DNA from: Macrostomum lignano
Lineage: Eukaryota
Assembly (NCBI GenBank): GCA_002269645.1
Contig: NIVC01001150.1
Span: 287,698-351,697, forward strand
Reading direction: 5' to 3'
Length of the DNA stretch: 64,000 nt
Below are positions 58,285-64,000 of this stretch, piece by piece. Position 1 is the first letter of the stretch; each line of letters opens with the position of its first letter. Both the position numbers and the translations under genes were made by a program. The notes under the pieces are model-generated. The model saw nothing but the letters and a program-made list of their open reading frames with translations. It had not been told where the DNA came from and did no database searches.

Positions 58285-61200
58285 GTCGGGGGGGGGAGCT
58301 GCTGTCAAGACTATAACACACGGGCTTTGTCTCCACCAACCCCTGCTCAGTCGGGGGGGGGAGCTGCTGTCAAGACTATAACACACGGGCTTTGTCTCCA
58401 CCAACCCCTGCTCAGTCGGGGGGGGGGGAGCTGCTGTCAAGACTATAACACACGGGCTTTGTCTCCACCAACCCCTGCTCAGTCGGGGGGGGGGAGCTGC
58501 TGTCAAGACTATAACACACGGGCTTTGTCTCCACCAACCCCTGCTCAGTCGGAGGGGAGCTGCTGTCAAGACTATAACACACGGGCTTTGTCTCCACCAA
58601 CCCCTGCTCAGTCGGGGGGGGGGGGGAGATGCTGTCAAGACTATAACACACGGGCTTTGTCTCCACCAACCCCTGCTCAGTCGGAGGGTGAGCTGCTGTC
58701 AAGACTATAACACACGGGCTTTGTCTCCACCAACCCCTGCTCAGTCGGAGGGGGAGCTGCTGTCAAGACTATAACACACGGGCTTTGTCTCCACCAACCC
58801 CTGCTCAGTCGGGGGGGGGGGGGAGATGCTGTCAAGACTATAACACACGGGCTTTGTCTCCACCAACCCCTGCTCAGTCGGAGGGGGAGCTGCTGTCAAG
58901 ACTATAACACACGGGCTTTGTCTCCACCAACCCCTGCTCAGTCGGAGGGGGAGATGCTGTCAAGACTATAACACACGGGCTTTGTCTCCACCAACCCCTG
59001 CTCAGTCGGAGGGGGAGCTGCTGTCAAGACTATAACACACGGGCTTTGTCTCCACCAACCCCTGCTCAGTCGGGGGGGGGGAGCTGCTGTCAAGACTATA
59101 ACACACGGGCTTTGTCTCCACCAACCCCTGCTCAGTCGGGGGGGGGAGCTGCTGTCAAGACTATAACACACGGGCTTTGTCTCCACCAACCCCTGCTCAG
59201 TCGGGGGGGGGAGCTGCTGTCAAGACTATAACACACGGGCTTTGTCTCCACCAACCCCTGCTCAGTCGGAGGGGGAGCTGCTGTCAAGACTATAACACAC
59301 GGCTTTGTCTCCACCAACCCCTGCTCAGTCGGGGGGGGGAGCTGCTGTCAAGACTATAACACACGGGCTTTGTCTCCACCAACCCCTGCTCAGTCGAAGG
59401 GGAGATGCTGTCAAGACTATAACACACGGGCTTTGTCTCCACCAACCCCTGCTCAGTCGGAGGGGGAGCTGCTGTCAAGACTATAACACACGGGCTTTGT
59501 CTCCACCAACCCCTGCTCAGTCGGGGGGAGCTGCTGTCAAGACTATAACACACGGGCTTTGTCTCCACCAACCCCTGCTCAGTCGGAGGGGAGATGCTGT
59601 CAAGACTATAACACACGGGCTTTGTCTCCACCAACCCCTGCTCAGTCGGAGGGGGAGCTGCTGTCAAGACTATAACACACGGGCTTTGTCTCCACCAACC
59701 CCTGCTCAGTCGGGGGGGGAGCTGCTGTCAAGACTATAACACACGGGCTTTGTCTCCACCAACCCCTGCTCAGTCGGGGGGGGGGGGAGATGCTGTCAAG
59801 ACTATAACACACGGGCTTTGTCTCCACCAACCCCTGCTCAGTCGGGGGGGGAGCTGCTGTCAAGACTATAACACACGGGCTTTGTCTCCACCAACCCCTG
59901 CTCAGTCGGAGGGGGAGATGCTGTCAAGACTATAACACACGGGCTTTGTCTCCACCAACCCCTGCTCAGTCGGAGGGGAGCTGCTGTCAAGACTATAACA
60001 CACGGGCTTTGTCTCCACCAACCCCTGCTCAGTCGGGGGGGGGGAGCTGCTGTCAAGACTATAACACACGGGCTTTGTCTCCACCAACCCCTGCTCAGTC
60101 GGAGGGGGAGATGCTGTCAAGACTATAACACACGGGCTTTGTCTCCACCAACCCTGCTCAGTCGGAGGGGGAGCTGCTGTCAAGACTATAACACACGGGC
60201 TTTGTCTCCACCAACCCCTGCTCAGTCGGGGGGGGGGAGATGCTGTCAAGACTATAACACACGGGCTTTGTCTCCACCAACCCCTGCTCAGTCGGGGGGG
60301 AGCTGCTGTCAAGACTATAACACACGGCTTTGTCTCCACCAACCCCTGCTCAGTCGGAGGGGGAGATGCTGTCAAGACTATAACACACGGGCTTTGTCTC
60401 ACCAACCCCTGCTCAGTCGGAGGGGAGCTGCTGTCAAGACTATAACACACGGGCTTTGTCTCCACCAACCCTGCTCAGTCGGGGGGGGGGGAGGTGCTGT
60501 CAAGACTATAACACACGGGCTTTGTCTCCACCAACCCCTGCTCAGTCGGAGGGGGAGCTGCTGTCAAGACTATAACACACGGGCTTTGTCTCCACCAACC
60601 CCTGCTCAGTCGGGGGGGGGAGCTGCTGTCAAGACTATAACACACGGGCTTTGTCTCCACCAACCCCTGCTCAGTCGAAGGGGAGATGCTGTCAAGACTA
60701 TAACACACGGGCTTTGTCTCCACCAACCCCTGCTCAGTCGGAGGGGAGCTGCTGTCAAGACTATAACACACGGGCTTTGTCTCCACCAACCCCTGCTCAG
60801 TCGGGGGGGGGAGCTGCTGTCAAGACTATAACACACGGGCTTTGTCTCCACCAACCCCTGCTCAGTCGGGGGGGGAGATGCTGTCAAGACTATAACACAC
60901 GGGCTTTGTCTCCACCAACCCCTGCTCAGTCGGAGGGGAGCTGCTGTCAAGACTATAACACACGGGCTTTGTCTCCACCAACCCCTGCTCAGTCGGGGGG
61001 GGGAGCTGCTGTCAAGACTATAACACACGGGCTTTGTCTCCACCAACCCCTGCTCAGTCGGAGGGGAGATGCTGTCAAGACTATAACACACGGGCTTTGT
61101 CTCCACCAACCCCTGCTCAGTCGGAGGGGGAGCTGCTGTCAAGACTATAACACACGGGCTTTGTCTCCACCAACCCCTGCTCAGTCGGAGGGGGAGATGC

Positions 61201-61543
61201 TGTCAAGACTATAACACACGGGCTTTGTCTCCACCAACCCCTGCTCAGTCGGAGGGGGAGCTGCTGTCAAGACTATAACACACGGGCTTTGTCTCCACCA
61301 ACCCCTGCTCAGTCGGAGGGGGAGATGCTGTCAAGACTATAACACACGGGCTTTGTCTCCACCAACCCCTGCTCAGTCGGGGGGGGGGAGCTGCTGTCAA
61401 GACTATAACACACGGGCTTTGTCTCCACCAACCCCTGCTCAGTCGGGGGGGGAGCTGCTGTCAAGACTATAACACACGGGCTTTGTCTCCACCAACCCCT
61501 GCTCAGTCGGGGGGGGGAGCTGCTGTCAAGACTATAACACACG
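58285..61543. repeat. ~63-68-bp satellite, right block (~50 units)
   Basis: Same unit but more heterogeneous: GGAGGGGG, GAAGGGG and GAGATGCTG variants and 1-bp deletions. Confidence 0.99.
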
Positions 61544-61612
61544 AACTCCGAAATCTACATGTACTTGCAGTTGTCTGATCCCTCCAAGTCAGATTCCTAG
61601 CTGATCCCAATT

Positions 61613-62039
61613 CTAATCCCTCAGTGCCACTATCTGTGCTAATCCCTCAGTGCCACTATCTGTGCTAATCCCTCAGTGCCACTATCTGTGCTAATCCCTC
61701 AGTGCCACTATCTGCTAATCCCTCAGTGCCACTGTCTGTGCTAATCCCTCAGTGCCACTATCTGCTAATCCTTCAGCGCCACTATCTGTGCTAATCCCTC
61801 AGCGCCACTATCTGTGCTAATCCCTCAGTGCCACTATCTGTCTAATCCTCAGAGCCACTGCCTGTGCTAATTCCTCAGTGCCACTATCTGTGCTAATCCC
61901 TCAGTGCCACTATCTGTGCTAATCCCTCAGCGCCACTATCTGTGCTAATCCCTCAGTGCCACTATCTGTGCTAATCCCTGCAGTGCCACTATCTGTGCTA
62001 ATCCCTCAGTGCCACTATCTGTGCTAATCTCTCAGCGCC
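61613..62039. repeat. 26-bp minisatellite, ~16 copies
   Basis: Unit CTAATCCCTCAGTGCCACTATCTGTG with 24-bp deletion variants. Confidence 0.93.
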
Positions 62040-62450
62040 TTAATCCCCCACAGCGCTGCAATATACCTGACCATTAAAGGCTGTCAACGGTCATTACAGC
62101 TCAAATTTTCACAAAATCAACGCAATGAATTGTATTAGCTCCGGTTAGGAAGAGAAGATGCCAAAGTCCTGTACGAATAGCATGCGGAAGGCGAGACGAG
62201 TGTTTGTGTTTAAATTACGCATATGAACTGAAATTCTGTCGCCAACTCAAGCTCAGTGGCGGGTGGTTTGGATAAAAAAGTAGATGGGAATGCTTAGCAA
62301 GCTCAAGCACACAAAAACGCATTGCCTGCATTGAAGCTGACTGATGAAAATATTTCGCACAAAATGCTATATACGTCTGCTTCTATCGAGTCTTTCTTGC
62401 TGGCCAGTTGAGGCACTGAAAAACAAAGTGCTGCTGCCGGCTGGAGGCCG

Positions 62451-64000
62451 CTAGTCGCCGGCAAACAGCGGCTCGGCGCCGAGCTTGCGCTGCTTCACGC
62501 GGGTGCTGCGCTCCAGGTTGTTCTTCTTCTCGATTTCCAGCGCCAGGTCGCCGGCCTGCTCCCACTTGCAGGACTCGTCCATGAAGCTGCATTTTCTCCG
62601 AACCCCACTCTGGGTACACGTGCTCCACCGAGATGGCCATAGGCAGGTTCCTGGGCTCCAAGATGCCCTGCAGCAGCCGCGGGTTGGATTGCTTCCACTG
62701 TGTGGTCTCGATGGGCCTGGCCGGGTTCTTGCGAACGGCGACTGCATGCGCAAGTCGCCCACCTTGGAGCAGGTTGGGCCGGTGCGCTGGTAGTTGAAGT
62801 ACAGGTCCGAGTTGTCCGGGTAGGACTCCTTCACGAATAGGGCCACTTGGGCTGCTTCCGGGTACGGCTTGCGTATCTTGTAGGGTGGGAACATTTTCAC
62901 CATGAGACGGTCGCACTGGTCAATGGCCACCAGGTGCGGGCCCCGCAGCGTCACCACAAGGTACTTCACCCAGCGGTACATGCCGATGCGCCGGTTCAGG
63001 ATCCGTCTCGTCACCTCGATCTCGCAGCCGGTCCTCTTGGCGATGGACCGAAACTGCCCTGGGTCCACGAGGAAGGCCTCGACCACCTGGTCAGTGAGCA
63101 GCACAATGTACTCCTTGCGGGATACGTCAGCAAACACGTTCATGCAGCCGATCACAATGCCCTCCTTGTCCAGATGGCCCATGTTCAGCTTCTTCTTGTC
63201 CGTTTTATCCGCTTTTTTTCCTCCCCGGTGCGGGCAGGTCCTCAGCTGGCTCCCGTCTTCCGCATCGCCTTCGCCATCTCCTTCGCCGCCTTCGTCGCCA
63301 CCTTCACCGCCGGCAGCGTCTTCACCAGCTGAGGTGCCGGCGTCTCCTGTTGGTCGGCCTCATCATCTTCTGTGGAGCTGCCGCCGCGCCGCCGCCGCCG
63401 CCGCCATCGTCAGCGATGTCCTCGTTATCGGTGGAGCTCACACCGGCTCCGCTGCCTTCGGCGCCCTCCTTGCTGGTGCTGGTGGTGCCACCGTCGTCAC
63501 TGGATTCGCGTCTGCATCGGTGATGGCGGAAAGGAGTCAGGTGATATAGTTCGAAATGGCAGTGTATACTCTAAACTGGAGCTTAGGCTTAGCTAGAATA
63601 GCAAACTATGATTGGGTGTGCGGCGCTTATCATCAGCTGGGCACTCACGCATTGGACACATTGGACTCGCTGTCCATGATAATATTGATGTCCACCATGC
63701 CGTCCTTGTTTTTCTCTGCAGCCTTGAACTGCGTGATGATGGTGGTTTGCTTGCCCTCTGCGCTGTGCCGCTGAATGTCCCGCAGTCCGCCGCCTTGGAC
63801 TGGCCGAACGGGTTCTTGTTGTTGGTGTTGGAGTCGGAGCGTCGTCGCTCTAGCTCAGCTGCTTGCTGCCGCTCCTGCCGGCTCAGCAGCTCGTGGGCAG
63901 CCGGCGGCTTTGGTTGTCACGGCAACCGCGTCCATAGTCCGCGGAAGAGATGCTTTGTGGATTATCGCGGGCGCGGCTGCTTGCTGGACTCGGCCGTCTC
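62451..64000 (-). CDS. Partial multi-exon gene with acidic/Gly-rich linker and KH-like domain; 5' end outside the window, apparent frameshifts
   Basis: A phase-2 intron 63648-63512 (GC|GTGAGT...GCAG|A) joins ...SESNVSN(A) to RESSDDGG. The terminal ORF contains PGQFRSIAKRTGCEIEV, which is KH-like. The reading frame changes within the GC-rich 63350-63420 tract. Confidence 0.5.

Noticed and set aside
40928-61542. Many long ORFs (up to 620 aa) in the satellite
   Set aside because: They arise from a 63-bp (multiple of 3) unit with stop-free frames and switch frame with each G-run change.
41008-61543. CRISPR-like array
   Set aside because: Units are head-to-tail with no unique spacers (only G-run length varies), there are no cas genes, and the context is eukaryotic.
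61613-62039. Telomeric repeat
   Set aside because: CTAATCCC only resembles CCCTAA; the unit is 26 bp and internal.

Overview
Eukaryotic (metazoan) genomic DNA with GT-AG introns, GC- and CpG-rich exons, and AT-rich, CpG-poor spacers. The style suggests a flatworm such as Macrostomum, but that is an inference and the host cannot be proven from this window. Host genes: a TMEM272-like membrane protein, a 2-exon secreted protein with a lectin/discoidin-like domain, an intronless triple-TIR protein with a C-terminal Cys/His finger, a 2-exon IAP (2 BIR + RING), an intronless divergent PP1-like phosphatase, a 5-exon ARMC9, a 2-exon NUBPL, and a partial KH-like gene at the right edge. Mobile DNA: a Mutator-type MITE (9-bp TSD, ~255-bp TIRs), a DIRS/Ngaro-type tyrosine recombinase fragment, a young 3.9-kb Gypsy LTR element with a truncated integrase, a small hAT-like MITE, and a full-length LOA/R1-group LINE (APE-RT-RNase H). 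The LINE sits in the G-run of a ~63-65-bp satellite spanning 41.0-61.5 kb. The best candidate for a new system is this LINE-satellite pair: no poly(A) tail, an 8-bp duplication of the satellite motif, a structured 3' UTR, and a 5' end that could form a partial HDV-like fold using upstream satellite sequence. The triple-TIR protein is the second candidate. All domain calls come from motif recognition by eye; no searches or folding programs were run.
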